A stretch of DNA of 64,000 bases from an uncultured Planctomycetales bacterium. Its GTDB lineage: Bacteria; Omnitrophota; Gorgyraeia; Zapsychrales; Fredricksoniimonadaceae. Of this stretch, positions 30,291 to 41,180 are shown piece by piece. Position 1 is the first letter of the stretch. Each line of letters starts with the position of its first letter. The stretch covers positions 15,300-79,299 of the forward strand of contig CAZNDZ010000001.1 in NCBI GenBank assembly GCA_964572155.1, read 5' to 3'. The translations under genes were made by a program, and so were the position numbers. The notes beneath the pieces are model-generated. The model was not told where the DNA came from, did not search any database, and was given only the letters and a program-made list of their open reading frames with translations.

Positions 30291-30312
30291 GGATATTGAC
30301 TCACCGTAGTGG

Positions 30313-30924
30313 CTAAGAAGATTCTGCCTGAAATTCTTTGATGTGTTGTTTGACAACACCTAAAGGAATATCGGCAGATTCGGCGCCGAATTTATTGTTG
30401 TGAGAATGGATGAGCAGTTTGTCTAATTCTTCGTCGGTGACATGCTTGACCTTGCGGCCAGTGTAGCGGATGTTGAGGCCTTTGGTTACAACGGTGACAG
30501 GTTCAAAGCCAAATTGCCTTAAAAACTCCGTAAGCGTCTTTTGGGAATAGCCCCACTTATGATTGCCAAAGTGTCCGATGTAAATCTTCGATCCCCATAA
30601 ATTCTCGCCGAAGATGGTGTCCATGAGATCGTCGAATTTAAATTTAAAATAGCGATTAAATAATATTTTCTTAAAATCCGGTAGCTCCAAATGCATCAGG
30701 CCGCCAACTTTAAGCACACGCGCCCAATCGGATACAACCACATAGCGCATGTATTTATCAAAATGCTCTAAGACCCCCTCGGCTTTCAGCTCATCTGCCA
30801 CTTGGGTATCATAAGGCAAAGGTTTTGCTAAATCATGAATGAGATCAGGATTGCAACTGGCGACCGAATCAATGTTGACCCAGCCTGGAATTTTATTGGT
30901 GCCGCAGCCGACGTGTAGTTTCAT
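30313..30924 (-). CDS. Class I SAM-dependent methyltransferase (Methyltransf_11/23-like)
   Basis: MKLHVGCGTNKIPGWVNID is a motif-I-like glycine-rich start typical of small MTases. 203 aa. Substrate unknown. Confidence 0.55.
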   Translation of the reverse strand: MKLHVGCGTNKIPGWVNIDSVASCNPDLIHDLAKPLPYDTQVADELKAEGVLEHFDKYMRYVVVSDWARVLKVGGLMHLELPDFKKILFNRYFKFKFDDLMDTIFGENLWGSKIYIGHFGNHKWGYSQKTLTEFLRQFGFEPVTVVTKGLNIRYTGRKVKHVTDEELDKLLIHSHNNKFGAESADIPLGVVKQHIKEFQAESS

Positions 30925-31024
30925 ATCGATAATGTAGCATCGTCAAAAGAGCTCTGCAAGGGTTTAAGTTTGCTTTTTAGAAGCAATTCATCTAAAATAA
31001 TTTCCTTCAACCCAAGGAGGCTTT

Positions 31025-31225
31025 ATGCAGTTAGTCATTAATGGAATTCTCAAAGAAATCAATAACGGCCAAACAATTGCCGATACGATTAAACAATTCT
31101 CAAAAACCGATAAACATTTGATTGCTGAGCTTAATGGCGCCATCATCCCAACCAATGCGTGGGGCACAACAGCGCTAAAAAGCGGTGATACACTTGAACT
31201 TGTGGCTTTTGTTGGTGGTGGCTAA
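31025..31225 (+). CDS. thiS: Sulfur-carrier protein ThiS
   Basis: 66 aa with a ubiquitin-like beta-grasp pattern ending in VGGG-stop (C-terminal GG). RBS AAGGAGG 6 nt upstream. First gene of the thi operon. Confidence 0.8.
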   Translation: MQLVINGILKEINNGQTIADTIKQFSKTDKHLIAELNGAIIPTNAWGTTALKSGDTLELVAFVGGG

Positions 31226-32014
31226 ATGTCTGATCCATTAATCATTGCCGGTAAAACTTTCAAAAGTCGCTTCTTCCTCGGCACTGGTAAATTCAAAAAT
31301 AAAGAAGATTTAAAGAACGCCATTGATCAAAGTGGTAGCGAGCTTGTGACCGTGGCGCTGCGTCGCATTGACTTGGAACACCATGAAGACAATATCATGG
31401 ACTATATTCCAAAACATGTGACGCTGTTGACCAACACGTCGGGTGCTAGGGACGCCAAAGAAGCCATCCGCATCGCACGTTTGGCCAAAGCATCTGGGTG
31501 TGGCAACTGGGTTAAGATTGAAGTCATCAATGATAGCAAATACCTCCTTCCCGACAATCAAGAAACAATTCGAGCAACCGAAGTGCTAGCTGCTGAAGGC
31601 TTTATTGTCCTGCCTTATGTGACACCGGACCTGTATGCCGCACGAGCACTAGTCAAAGCTGGCGCTGCAACGGTCATGCCACTAGGATCTTTGATTGGCA
31701 GCAATCAAGGATTACTCACCAAAGAATTCATTCAAATTTTAATCAATGAACTGGATATCCCCATCGTTGTGGATGCGGGCATCGGTGCACCATCGCAGGC
31801 GGCAGAGGCCATGGAGATGGGCGCGGCTGCTGTTTTGGTCAATACCGCCGTTGCCACCGCAGAGCACCCCCCACGTTTGGCCAAAGCATTTGCACAAGCA
31901 GTTGACGCAGGACGTACGGCATTCTTGAGTGGCTTACCTGCCAAACAAAGCTTAGCAAACCCAAGCTCTCCTCTGACGGGATTTTTGTATGACCACGCTA
32001 AAACAAATCACTGA
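31226..32014 (+). CDS. thiG: Thiazole synthase
   Basis: [19 protein letters not shown]...VMPLGS.IGS..G..., the ThiG TIM-barrel signature. 262 aa. Confidence 0.9.
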   Translation: MSDPLIIAGKTFKSRFFLGTGKFKNKEDLKNAIDQSGSELVTVALRRIDLEHHEDNIMDYIPKHVTLLTNTSGARDAKEAIRIARLAKASGCGNWVKIEVINDSKYLLPDNQETIRATEVLAAEGFIVLPYVTPDLYAARALVKAGAATVMPLGSLIGSNQGLLTKEFIQILINELDIPIVVDAGIGAPSQAAEAMEMGAAAVLVNTAVATAEHPPRLAKAFAQAVDAGRTAFLSGLPAKQSLANPSSPLTGFLYDHAKTNH

Positions 32015-33011
32015 TATTTTAAACGACAGGCGACCTGAAAGCGTTGAAGCCTTAGCCCAAGAAGCTAGCCGCATCACCCGTCAGCAATTTGGCCGTGCGA
32101 TTGGTTTGTATACACCGCTCTATTTATCTAATTTCTGCTCAAGCCATTGCACCTATTGTGGGTTTCATAGTCAAAATAAAATTGAACGCGTCAAATTAAA
32201 CCCCGAACAATACACCAAAGAAATGCAGCACATCCATGCACAGGGCATACGTAATATTTTAATGTTAACCGGTGAAAGCTATAAGCACACACCTGTCCCT
32301 TATTTAAAAGAAGCCGCGACTCATGCCAGCCAATATTTTCAAGGCATTGCTTTAGAAGTTCATCCCATGCAAACCGATGAATACAAAGAATTATTTGCGG
32401 CTGGGGTCGATGGGATCACCGTTTATCAAGAGACATATGACCGCACCCGTTATGCAGAAGTTCATTTATCGGGCTATAAAAAAGATTATGATTTTAGATA
32501 CGCCACACCCGCGCGAGCCGCAGAAGCTGGTATGCGTCAAATTGCCATGGGGATACTGTTGGGATTATCTGAGAATTTGTCCGAGGACCTCTTTGCGCTC
32601 TTTGCACATTTGCGCACATTGGAAAGATCGTACCCAGGGGTTGAGTATGCCTTGTCTTTCCCGAGGCTGCGCACGATCAAATCCAAAGAATTTGCCCGTT
32701 GCGACATTGATGATATCACCTTCACCAAGATCTTATGTTTAACACGCATCCTGTTCCCACGTGTGGGAATTAATTTATCTACACGCGAAGATGCGATGCT
32801 GCGTGATCATTTATTGGAGCTAGTCATCACCCGCATGTCCGCTGGTTCAAATACGGCTGTCGGTGGCTATTCATTATTCGAAGAAGAAAAACAAGATCCA
32901 CAATTTGACATTAAAGATGATCGCACGATCGCTCAAGTTGTTCGACTTCTTAAAAACAAAAACTTCGACCCCGTCTTTACCGACTGGCGTCGCATCGAGA
33001 ACGGCATATGA
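31989..33011 (+). CDS. thiH: 2-iminoacetate synthase (radical SAM tyrosine lyase)
   Basis: [10 protein letters not shown] radical-SAM cluster motif and the thi-operon context. 340 aa. Confidence 0.75.
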   Translation: MTTLKQITDILNDRRPESVEALAQEASRITRQQFGRAIGLYTPLYLSNFCSSHCTYCGFHSQNKIERVKLNPEQYTKEMQHIHAQGIRNILMLTGESYKHTPVPYLKEAATHASQYFQGIALEVHPMQTDEYKELFAAGVDGITVYQETYDRTRYAEVHLSGYKKDYDFRYATPARAAEAGMRQIAMGILLGLSENLSEDLFALFAHLRTLERSYPGVEYALSFPRLRTIKSKEFARCDIDDITFTKILCLTRILFPRVGINLSTREDAMLRDHLLELVITRMSAGSNTAVGGYSLFEEEKQDPQFDIKDDRTIAQVVRLLKNKNFDPVFTDWRRIENGI

Positions 33012-33631
33012 ACGTCTTTGAACAGGGATTATTAAGATATTTAAAACCCGAACAACTGGCCGTGATCCAATCGAAAAAAGTTGGGATCGGCGGTGCAGGT
33101 GGCTTAGGAAGCAATTGCGCCATGATGCTCGTGCGCAGTGGTTTTAAACATTTAGAAATCATCGACCAAGATGTGATCGACGCCTCCAACCTTAATCGTC
33201 AGCAATTTTTTACCGCCGAGATCGGTCAACCCAAGGTCAACATCACCAAAAAACGCCTACTCGACATCAATCCCGACGCCCACATCATCACCCATCATAT
33301 TCAATGGAATGAAACAATTGGGGTTAACTTATTCAAAAATTATGATTTTATTGTCGAAGCCTTCGACAATGCTGAGTGGAAATTCAGATTCGTGCAATTT
33401 TACGCAAACAAGTTTCCCGTGGTCGTCAGTGGTGTTGGCATGGCAGGTTTATTAGAAAAGAAACCAATGCAAAAGAAGAAAGTCGGAAACATTTATTTCT
33501 GCGGCGATTTATCGACGGATTCAGCGCAAGGACATCCCCCAATGGCGCCAAGGGTTTCACAATGCGCCGGCATGATGGCAGAAGTTGTTTTAGATTTGAC
33601 CTTAGGACTTACTTCTGTTTCATCCCACTAA
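33008..33631 (+). CDS. thiF: Sulfur-carrier protein adenylyltransferase (short ThiF/MoeB family)
   Basis: VGIGGAGGLGSNCAMMLVRSGFKHLEIIDQDVIDASNLNRQ is the E1-like Rossmann motif. ATGA overlap with thiH. Confidence 0.75.
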   Translation: MNVFEQGLLRYLKPEQLAVIQSKKVGIGGAGGLGSNCAMMLVRSGFKHLEIIDQDVIDASNLNRQQFFTAEIGQPKVNITKKRLLDINPDAHIITHHIQWNETIGVNLFKNYDFIVEAFDNAEWKFRFVQFYANKFPVVVSGVGMAGLLEKKPMQKKKVGNIYFCGDLSTDSAQGHPPMAPRVSQCAGMMAEVVLDLTLGLTSVSSH

Positions 33632-34346
33632 TCTTCCCTCCACCCTTCACCGACAGACGCGGAGTCCCCGCCAAATAAATCGCACTAACCTCAGCCTGAG
33701 TCAATGCACGGCTATAAATACGGACATCATCTAACAAACCAGGGAAAGGTGCTACTACTCCACGACCACCCATATAAAAAGTACCCGTACCATATGTTGG
33801 AGATCCATGACTTGCCTCATTTGTATCATTTCTAGCATCAATATACACGGCTCCACTAACAGAAGTAACAACAAAAACAACATGATGCCATAAACCATCA
33901 TTATTTAAACCCAATGTAGATGAAGTGATTCGATCGCCTGCACCGGTGCCCCCAACATTCAACAAAACTTTTCCCGCATTTACTCCTGAAAATGTTTGAA
34001 ATGAATACCCCGAATTTGAATCCTTCTCTAAGATTACGGTATTATTAACTGTAGTGGTATTAATCCACGCACTTACTGAAAATGGAAATGACATTTCAAG
34101 GATACTTGTATCAGGAACAGTAATATAATCGTTGTTCCCATCAAAATTAATAGATCCGTCTCTTTTACCACTAGTCCACGTCGGTCCATTGGTCAATGTG
34201 CCGGTATTGCCCTGACCACTGGAATCATTGGCTGTTGTGCCACTACCCTCATCCAACTTCCACCACCCCACCAACCCATCGGTAACATCAGCACGTGCGG
34301 GTTGGATTGTGAGGATGAATAATATTATTATAAGAAATCTGGTCAT
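33609..34346 (-). CDS. Secreted LamG-like (concanavalin A-like lectin/glucanase fold) domain protein
   Basis: Signal peptide, then DGLVGWWKLDEGSGTTANDSSGQGNTGTL...SINFDGNNDYITVPD...LLDDVRIYSRALTQAEV, the typical Laminin_G_3 pattern. 245 aa. Confidence 0.65.
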   Translation of the reverse strand: MTRFLIIILFILTIQPARADVTDGLVGWWKLDEGSGTTANDSSGQGNTGTLTNGPTWTSGKRDGSINFDGNNDYITVPDTSILEMSFPFSVSAWINTTTVNNTVILEKDSNSGYSFQTFSGVNAGKVLLNVGGTGAGDRITSSTLGLNNDGLWHHVVFVVTSVSGAVYIDARNDTNEASHGSPTYGTGTFYMGGRGVVAPFPGLLDDVRIYSRALTQAEVSAIYLAGTPRLSVKGGGKISGMKQK

Positions 34347-34348
34347 AT

Positions 34349-34639
34349 TTATTTCTTAGCGATAAATGAAATTCTTAACTCTGCATTACAAGCTGATGCA
34401 ATTTTTGAGAGCAATGATACACTATAACCGTTATACACATTACTTTCGTATCTAGAGATTGCTGATTTTGTTGTCCTAATTTTTTTAGCCAACTGCTCTT
34501 GTGTCAATTGTGCTTTATGACGTATCTGAGCTATTTTCTCAGAAATTACTAAATTACGATACTCTAATTCAAACTTGTCTTTAAACTCCTTATTCTCAAA
34601 TAATTTATCTGAATATGTCCTAAACTTACTTATTTTCAT
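34349..34639 (-). CDS. HTH XRE-family antitoxin (HigA-like)
   Basis: Helix-turn-helix LTQEQLAKKIRTTKSAISRYES. The longest ORF extends to 34741, but the Met at 34639 gives a 96-aa product with only a 14-nt overlap with the upstream toxin gene. Confidence 0.6.
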   Translation of the reverse strand: MKISKFRTYSDKLFENKEFKDKFELEYRNLVISEKIAQIRHKAQLTQEQLAKKIRTTKSAISRYESNVYNGYSVSLLSKIASACNAELRISFIAKK

Positions 34640-35030
34640 AATAACTTCCCTCCTTAACTCTTTGTTCATAATCTCTCTTATATTTAATTGCTCTAGCAAG
34701 CTCCTGCCCATCAACTTTTTGCGTCTTCTTGTGATACGCATGCGTTATGATAATTTTCTTCCCTTCATGAAAAAAACTAAAGAACCTGTCATGTTTTGGT
34801 TTAAACTCATAAAGCTTTTCATGCTTATCAACCAATCTAAACTTATTCTCATCATAAAGCCTTCCATTCTCTGAAATATATTTAACAAGTGCTAATAACT
34901 TAACTTGTACTTGAGAATCACTGTCTTGGAAATACTCTTTTGCAAACATCCTGCCTTTTTCCGAAAAGTAAAATTCTACCCTGTAATGCTCCCCCACATA
35001 AAACACAAAGTCTTCTGTCTTAGGCACCAT
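34626..35030 (-). CDS. HigB/Gp49-family (RelE/ParE superfamily) toxin
   Basis: KLYEFKPKHDRFFSFFHEGKKIIITHAYHKKTQKV matches the Phage_Gp49_66/HigB pattern (LYE.R...RI.YFF..G..IVLLH.F.KKTQK). 134 aa. Toxin-first gene order as in higBA. Confidence 0.6.
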   Translation of the reverse strand: MVPKTEDFVFYVGEHYRVEFYFSEKGRMFAKEYFQDSDSQVQVKLLALVKYISENGRLYDENKFRLVDKHEKLYEFKPKHDRFFSFFHEGKKIIITHAYHKKTQKVDGQELARAIKYKRDYEQRVKEGSYYENK

Positions 35031-35044
35031 TCTTTCTCTCCTTT

Positions 35045-35068
35045 AAGGTTAGCATATATGCTAACCTT
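35045..35068. promoter_or_regulatory. Perfect 24-bp palindrome AAGGTTAGCATATATGCTAACCTT, candidate HigBA operator
   Basis: Perfect inverted repeat centred on TATATA, 15 nt upstream of the toxin start codon. Confidence 0.5.
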
Positions 35069-35176
35069 TGTCAAAAATAATTGTCTTCTGTGTATTTAAT
35101 TTTTCGGGGGAGATTTACTAAACTACGGCCATGCTAATGGGGGATTAACATAGCCGTAGTAAATGTATTAAAAAGG

Positions 35177-36112
35177 CTAACTACGATATTCCGCAAACAA
35201 ATCTGTCGATAAATAGCGTTCGCCGGTTGAGGGGATGATGGCGACGATTAGCTTGCCTTTGTTCTCTGGGCGTTGCGCGACTTTGATGGCGGCAGCGACG
35301 TTACCACCAGATGAAATGCCACACAAGATGCCTTCTTCTTTGATCAATCTTTTGGCCATGGCGAAGGCTTCGTCATTTGTGATAGGAAGAATTTCATCGA
35401 TTAACTTTGTGTCAACGATGCTTGGGATAAAACCAGCGCCAATACCTTGAATCTTATGAGGTCCTGGTTGTCCGCCAGCGAGCACTTGGCTAGTGGCTGG
35501 TTCAACTGCAACAGCTTTAAATGACGGCTTACGTGATTTGATCACTTGTGAGACACCCGTGATTGTTCCACCTGTTCCAACACCTGCAACGATAAAATCA
35601 ACTGTACCATCGGTGTCTTTCCAAATTTCTTCCGCCGTGGTTAAACGGTGAATCTCGACGTTGGCTTGATTGTCGAATTGTTGTGGCATGTAATATTTAT
35701 TAGGATCTGAGTCATACATTTCTTTCGCTTTTTTAATCGCACCCTTCATGCCTTCTGGGCCTGGGGTTAAAATCAAATCCGCGCCTAAGGCTTTAAGCAA
35801 CGCGCGACGCTCTAAGCTCATTGTTTCAGGCATGGTTAAAACCAAGCGGTAACCTTTGACAGCACAAACAAACGCTAAGGCAATACCCGTATTCCCTGAT
35901 GTTGGCTCGACGATGACAGTGTCTTTTTTGATCTTGCCAGCTTTTTCAGCGCTGCGAATCATGTTAAAACCAATGCGGTCTTTAACGGATGATAAAGGAT
36001 TGAAAAATTCCAACTTTGCAACAACCGTTGCATGGCAGCCGGCGGTTACTTTATTTAATTTGACTAAAGGTGTGTTGCCAATTAATTCCGTGATGTCATT
36101 AGCGATTCTCAT
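35177..36112 (-). CDS. cysK: Cysteine synthase A (O-acetylserine sulfhydrylase)
   Basis: [10 protein letters not shown] (PLP-lysine motif), [22 protein letters not shown]. 311 aa. Confidence 0.9.
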   Translation of the reverse strand: MRIANDITELIGNTPLVKLNKVTAGCHATVVAKLEFFNPLSSVKDRIGFNMIRSAEKAGKIKKDTVIVEPTSGNTGIALAFVCAVKGYRLVLTMPETMSLERRALLKALGADLILTPGPEGMKGAIKKAKEMYDSDPNKYYMPQQFDNQANVEIHRLTTAEEIWKDTDGTVDFIVAGVGTGGTITGVSQVIKSRKPSFKAVAVEPATSQVLAGGQPGPHKIQGIGAGFIPSIVDTKLIDEILPITNDEAFAMAKRLIKEEGILCGISSGGNVAAAIKVAQRPENKGKLIVAIIPSTGERYLSTDLFAEYRS

Positions 36113-37943
36113 TAACCTTTTCTCCTCTTTGTTCTGCTTTGTATTTTTTTAAAAAGATCATCAACACGGTGATCGCCGCGGGTGTTACACCAGAAATTCG
36201 ATTGGCTTGGCCCAATGTTGTAGGCTCGAAACGTTTAAGCTTTTCTTGAATCTCTTTCGATAAGCTTGGAACAATCTTATAATCGAAGCCACTTGGAATC
36301 TTAATATATTCGATATGCGCAAATTTCTCAATCTCTTTTTGCTGACGATGGATAAAACCCTCGTATTTGATTTCATACTCAACTTGGTCAATGATATTGC
36401 GTGGATAATTTTTTAAATTCCCGTCGTATGCAGCGATATCATCATAGCCAACTTCCGGACGTTTCAATAAATCATACAAAGTTTTACCTTCTAGCTTTAT
36501 TTCCCGCAAATGATCAATTTCTTTGCCAATGGCTTCATATTTCTGGCAGACAGCTTCATATTCTTTCGTCGACAATAACCCAAATTGATGGCCATACTTG
36601 GCTAAACGTTTATCCGCATTGTCTTCGCGCACGATCAAACGATACTCGACGCGTGAGGTGAACATGCGATAGGGTTCTTCCGTGCCTTTGGTGACTAAAT
36701 CATCGATCAACACACCAATGTAAGATTCATGGCGACCCAAAATAAAAGGTTCTTTGCCTTGCACTTGTAAGGCCGCATTGATGCCTGCGATCAACCCTTG
36801 GGCACCTGCTTCTTCATAACCGGTTGTACCATTGATTTGCCCTGCCAAATATAAACCCGCAATCTTTTTTGTCTCAAGCGTTGGCTTTAATTCCGTCGCT
36901 GGAACAACCCCATGTTCGATGGAATAGCCTGGACGAACAATCACAACTTTTTCTAAGCCTGGAATCGAACGCACAAATGCTTCTTGAACATCGGCCGGTA
37001 AACCTGTTGAAATGCCATTGGGATAATATTCATCGGTGTCTAAACCTTCCGGTTCTAAGAACACATGATGCGTTGACTTGTCAGCAAACTTCTTTAATTT
37101 ATCTTCGATCGACGGGCAATAGCGCACGCCGGTTGCTTTAATTTGACCGCTATACATGGGAGACAAATGAAAACTCGCGCGAATAATGTCATGCGTCTTC
37201 TCAGTTGTCTTCGTAATATGGCATGGCAATAACTTTTGTTCTTTAGGAATAAATGGTGTGCGAAATGAAAATGGCACCGGTGGATTATCAGAATCTTGGC
37301 GCTCTAAATTGGTAAAATCAATTGTTTTTCCGTCGATGCGTGGCGGTGTACCTGTCTTAAACATCACCACATCTAAACCTAAACCACGGATCGATTCAGC
37401 CAAACTATTTGATGCCACCTCACCCACACGACCACCTGGGGTAATGCTTGGGCCCACGTGAATGCGGCCATTTAAGAATGTGCCGGTTGTGATCACAATG
37501 GCTTTGGTGGTGAGCTTCAAACCTGAATTGGTGGTGAGCCCTACGATGCGGCCACTTTCAACTTCTAAAGTCTTAACCTTATCTTCAATGACGGTTAAAT
37601 TAGATTGGTTTAATACAACCTGTTGCATATATAGGCGATATTGTTTGCGATCGCTTTGGCAGCGTGACGAACGGACAGCTTGGCCTTTGGATGCATTGAG
37701 TTGACGAAACTGAATACCGGTGCGGTCTGCGGCTAAACCCATTTCACCACCCAGCGCATCAATTTCTTTAACCAATTGGCCCTTGCCTACCCCGCCAATG
37801 GCAGGATTACAGCTCATCTGACCTATGGTTTCTTTTGATAGTGTCACCATGGCCGTTTTAACGCCCATACGAGCACTTGCTAAGGCAGCTTCGACGCCAG
37901 CATGGCCAGCACCAATAATAATTGTGTCAAAATGGGTTTTCAT
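36099..37943 (-). CDS. mnmG: tRNA uridine 5-carboxymethylaminomethyl modification enzyme MnmG (GidA)
   Basis: [26 protein letters not shown] motif, [17 protein letters not shown], and a C-terminal RPGYAIEYD-like segment. 614 aa. Confidence 0.9.
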   Translation of the reverse strand: MKTHFDTIIIGAGHAGVEAALASARMGVKTAMVTLSKETIGQMSCNPAIGGVGKGQLVKEIDALGGEMGLAADRTGIQFRQLNASKGQAVRSSRCQSDRKQYRLYMQQVVLNQSNLTVIEDKVKTLEVESGRIVGLTTNSGLKLTTKAIVITTGTFLNGRIHVGPSITPGGRVGEVASNSLAESIRGLGLDVVMFKTGTPPRIDGKTIDFTNLERQDSDNPPVPFSFRTPFIPKEQKLLPCHITKTTEKTHDIIRASFHLSPMYSGQIKATGVRYCPSIEDKLKKFADKSTHHVFLEPEGLDTDEYYPNGISTGLPADVQEAFVRSIPGLEKVVIVRPGYSIEHGVVPATELKPTLETKKIAGLYLAGQINGTTGYEEAGAQGLIAGINAALQVQGKEPFILGRHESYIGVLIDDLVTKGTEEPYRMFTSRVEYRLIVREDNADKRLAKYGHQFGLLSTKEYEAVCQKYEAIGKEIDHLREIKLEGKTLYDLLKRPEVGYDDIAAYDGNLKNYPRNIIDQVEYEIKYEGFIHRQQKEIEKFAHIEYIKIPSGFDYKIVPSLSKEIQEKLKRFEPTTLGQANRISGVTPAAITVLMIFLKKYKAEQRGEKVNENR

Positions 37944-37983
37944 AAGTCCTATAATGTACCCTGAAAATGGGGAAAAGTCAATG

Positions 37984-39000
37984 TTAAGACGACGGAGGAG
38001 CGCAGGATTCGCGGACGATGAGTTCAGGGGTTAACAGCTTTTGAACCACGCCTGTTTGCTTGCCAGAAATGATGTCAGATAAGACTTTAACAGCCTCTTC
38101 ACCCATGGAAAACAAGGGTTGTTTAATCGTAGTTAAACTCACAGGACCAAATAAACCAACAGGGTTATCATCAAAACCAATAACCGAAATATCTTCAGGA
38201 ACTTTGATGCCATTTTCCATCGCAACCGAGATAATTTCCAAGGCCATGTCATCGCTCGCGGCAAATACAGCTGTTGGTGGATTATCTAAACCAAAGAAAC
38301 GTTCGGCCGCAGAACGCGCAGAGCGACGGGAATAATCGCCTTTATAAAAATATTCTGGCTCAAACGTTAAATCTTTTTTCATCAAGGTCTTTTGGAAACC
38401 TTCAAAACGTTCAATACCCGCTTGTGTTTGCATATTTCCGGTGACAGTCGCAATGCGTTTATGCCCTAAGTTCATCAAATATTCTGCAGCAATGACCCCG
38501 CCTTTGAAATTATCAACGGCGATATAGCTAACATTTAAATCCTTAACCACATAATTAAGGACAAGCGCTGGGATGCCATCTTCAATCGCATCTTCCACTT
38601 GTGAACGATTCTCAATGATATCCGCAAAAATTAATCCACCTGCATAATTGGACTTCAATGGATTTCTTCCGTCGGTGATGTGAAAAATCATGTCCAAACG
38701 GCCAACTTCACAGCCATGACCAATACCACGGATGAGTTCAACCGCATAAAAGGAATGAAAAATACCAGGGTATCCAGGGATCACAAAACCGATTGCAGAA
38801 CTGCCAGAACCTTTGGCTAAACGTTGCGCGGTTGGATTTGGTTTAAATTTAAGTTCAGCAATGGCTGATTCAACACGGGAGGTGATTTCTTTATTGACGG
38901 TATTGACTTTATTGATGACACGCGAAACAGTGGTGATCGAGACATTGGCTTTCTTAGCCACGTCGGTGATGCTAATTTTCTTCTTAGGTTTTGGGACCAT
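37984..39000 (-). CDS. LacI/GalR-family transcriptional regulator
   Basis: N-terminal HTH ISITDVAKKANVSITTVSRVINK and a periplasmic-binding-protein-like effector domain. 338 aa. Confidence 0.85.
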   Translation of the reverse strand: MVPKPKKKISITDVAKKANVSITTVSRVINKVNTVNKEITSRVESAIAELKFKPNPTAQRLAKGSGSSAIGFVIPGYPGIFHSFYAVELIRGIGHGCEVGRLDMIFHITDGRNPLKSNYAGGLIFADIIENRSQVEDAIEDGIPALVLNYVVKDLNVSYIAVDNFKGGVIAAEYLMNLGHKRIATVTGNMQTQAGIERFEGFQKTLMKKDLTFEPEYFYKGDYSRRSARSAAERFFGLDNPPTAVFAASDDMALEIISVAMENGIKVPEDISVIGFDDNPVGLFGPVSLTTIKQPLFSMGEEAVKVLSDIISGKQTGVVQKLLTPELIVRESCAPPSS

Positions 39001-39002
39001 AA

Positions 39003-40442
39003 TTAATTATACCGGACGATATCACCAACACGTAATGCACCATTAGATTCTTTGATGTCTGCCGCGGAAATATCTTTGCGCACTTGGATCACTTCTAATG
39101 AACCAACAGGATTATTATCGCGCATGACCGTCATTTTGCGGCCTACTTGCGACCCATCCCCTTCGCCTAAATCAACAATGACAAAATTATTGGGCTCATT
39201 GATGCTAATGATGGTGCCTTGATCTTTATTTGCAACAGCGACGGGTTGAGGAGCGCTTTGTGCACGTTTCTTATCTTTTGATTGTTGAGCAGCTTGGGGC
39301 TTTGGCGCTTGCTGTGGCATGTCATTGGCATTAGGATTCACAACAATCGGTGACAACTCAACTTCTGGTGTCGCAACGCGCGTGGTTACATTGCTCGGTG
39401 CTGGATTAGATGGTAATTGTGAAATCTTTTGATCTAAGTTTTGTTTAATCTTCCAAATCTCGTCGATACGACCTTGGATGGCACCTTCGGTTTGATCCAA
39501 ACGTTTTTGCATGCTAATCTTTTCTTGATTAATTTGTGCAATCGTTTTTTCTAATGCCAACTTTGTTGAGCTTAATTGACGGATTTGATCTTGCAAGGCC
39601 ATGCTATCTTGTTTGTATTTCTCAGCACGTGCAGCATCGTCTTTTTGATCTGAATGTGCACGAGCCACTTCCATCGACAAACTATTGGCTAAATCTTCGC
39701 TATATTTAACCTTGCGTTCATATTCTTTACGTTCAGCGGCTAATTGATTTTCTAAATCTTCTTTATCGCGCGCTAATTTTTTCTCGAGATCATCTTTTAA
39801 ATCCGTCAAATTCTTTAATTGCATTTGAATATCATTATTTTGTTTCTTTAACTCGACAACTTGTAAAGCGCTTTGATCCAATTCACTTTGAGCTTTTTGT
39901 AAATCTAATTTTAACGATTCTTTTTCCTTCAAAACATTCGCCCAATATTGATCACCTTTTTCAATACCAGAATCTTCAGCAACAGCAGTGTCTGATGTTG
40001 CATCTGACTCTCTATCTTTATAGACAATTTTCTCGACGATCTTTTCTTTTTGATTCTTTAAGCGCTCAACCAAATCATCGCGTTCTTTGCGCATCGTATC
40101 AACGCGACCCTTATAGTCATCACGGTCTTGGCTTAGTTGTGAAATTTGATTATTTAAGTCATCAACCTTAGACTTTAAACCATCGTAGGCTTGTTGTGCT
40201 TGATCACGTTCTTTTTCTTTTTGACGAATTTTATCGTTCAAATCTTGTTGATCACGCTCGAGCTTCTTAGCTTTACTTAAAAGATCATTTTCTTTATTTT
40301 GGAATTCTTGAATTTGTGATTGGAATGATTGATTTTCTTGGGCGAGCTTTTGATTTTGTAATAAAAAATAACCCGCAATGCCGGCGCTACCGACTAAGAG
40401 CACAAATAAAATTATAACTGCAGCCTGCATTGGCTTAGACAT
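39003..40442 (-). CDS. Membrane-anchored long coiled-coil protein with a C-terminal beta-rich domain
   Basis: One N-terminal TM, about 300 aa of heptad-like Q/E/K/L-rich sequence, a Pro/Gln-rich linker, and a C-terminal roughly 80-aa domain (TIISINEPNNFVIVDLGEGDGSQVGRKMTVMRD...LRVGDIV). No confident family assignment. Confidence 0.45.
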   Translation of the reverse strand: MSKPMQAAVIILFVLLVGSAGIAGYFLLQNQKLAQENQSFQSQIQEFQNKENDLLSKAKKLERDQQDLNDKIRQKEKERDQAQQAYDGLKSKVDDLNNQISQLSQDRDDYKGRVDTMRKERDDLVERLKNQKEKIVEKIVYKDRESDATSDTAVAEDSGIEKGDQYWANVLKEKESLKLDLQKAQSELDQSALQVVELKKQNNDIQMQLKNLTDLKDDLEKKLARDKEDLENQLAAERKEYERKVKYSEDLANSLSMEVARAHSDQKDDAARAEKYKQDSMALQDQIRQLSSTKLALEKTIAQINQEKISMQKRLDQTEGAIQGRIDEIWKIKQNLDQKISQLPSNPAPSNVTTRVATPEVELSPIVVNPNANDMPQQAPKPQAAQQSKDKKRAQSAPQPVAVANKDQGTIISINEPNNFVIVDLGEGDGSQVGRKMTVMRDNNPVGSLEVIQVRKDISAADIKESNGALRVGDIVRYN

Positions 40443-40541
40443 ACAATCTCCTTAAAATAAAATCAATAAAAAAAATATAACAAAGATATGTTACTTACAC
40501 AAGGAATTTTCGGTATTTTATTTAACAGAAAGGAGTTACAA

Positions 40542-41180
40542 CTATTCGTAACGAATGTCGTCGAGGTAAAAGATGCAGGTTTCGGTATTATTTTCTACAT
40601 TAGCAACCCAGGCAAATCCGCCGCTAATATATGATAAATCGCGCCCGCGCAAATCTATAGAATATTGTTTCCACGCTTTAGATAATATGACTGGTCCAAT
40701 GCCAACCGTATCAGAATCTGGGAATTCACGGCTAATGCCAACACCACCCACTTTAAATTCAGCGATGGTTTCACCACCTTTTTCACCACGGGCCCAGAAC
40801 GTAAGCTTTTTAGCACCAGTGAGATTGAAGCCACCTTTGCGGTCACCCCAATTATCTGCAGGGTTTAACCAATAAACACCAGCCCAGCCATTTCCTTTAG
40901 TTGAACAGGTAATGTCGTATTCAACCTTAATGCAGCTCTTGCCTTGTTGGCAACTTTCTTGCCATGAATCTTTTTGTCTAATGCATTGTCCATCTGGCAT
41001 ATAACCTGATGGCACAAAATGATTTGAGCCGCTTTTATCTTGGTAAACGATAAATGGCTTAAATGGCTTTTCTTCTTGAGCAACAGCAGGCGCAATGCTT
41101 GCCATCATCAGAAAAAATAACGTCGGGGCCAATAGTACTTGACCCCGACGGTTATATGATTCGGTCAAACGATTAGACAT
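40542..41180 (-). CDS. Secreted beta-sandwich (carbohydrate-binding-module-like) protein
   Basis: Signal peptide. Trp/Gly-rich segments (GWAGVYWLNPADNWGD, KLTFWARG, YLDDIRYE) reminiscent of CBM/CIA30-like domains. 212 aa. Assignment is tentative. Confidence 0.35.
   Translation of the reverse strand: MSNRLTESYNRRGQVLLAPTLFFLMMASIAPAVAQEEKPFKPFIVYQDKSGSNHFVPSGYMPDGQCIRQKDSWQESCQQGKSCIKVEYDITCSTKGNGWAGVYWLNPADNWGDRKGGFNLTGAKKLTFWARGEKGGETIAEFKVGGVGISREFPDSDTVGIGPVILSKAWKQYSIDLRGRDLSYISGGFAWVANVENNTETCIFYLDDIRYE

Noticed and set aside
35115-35160. Hairpin CTACGGC...GCCGTAG downstream of cysK
   Set aside because: 7-bp stem with a 23-nt loop and no adjoining U-tract on the cysK strand. Too weak to call a terminator.
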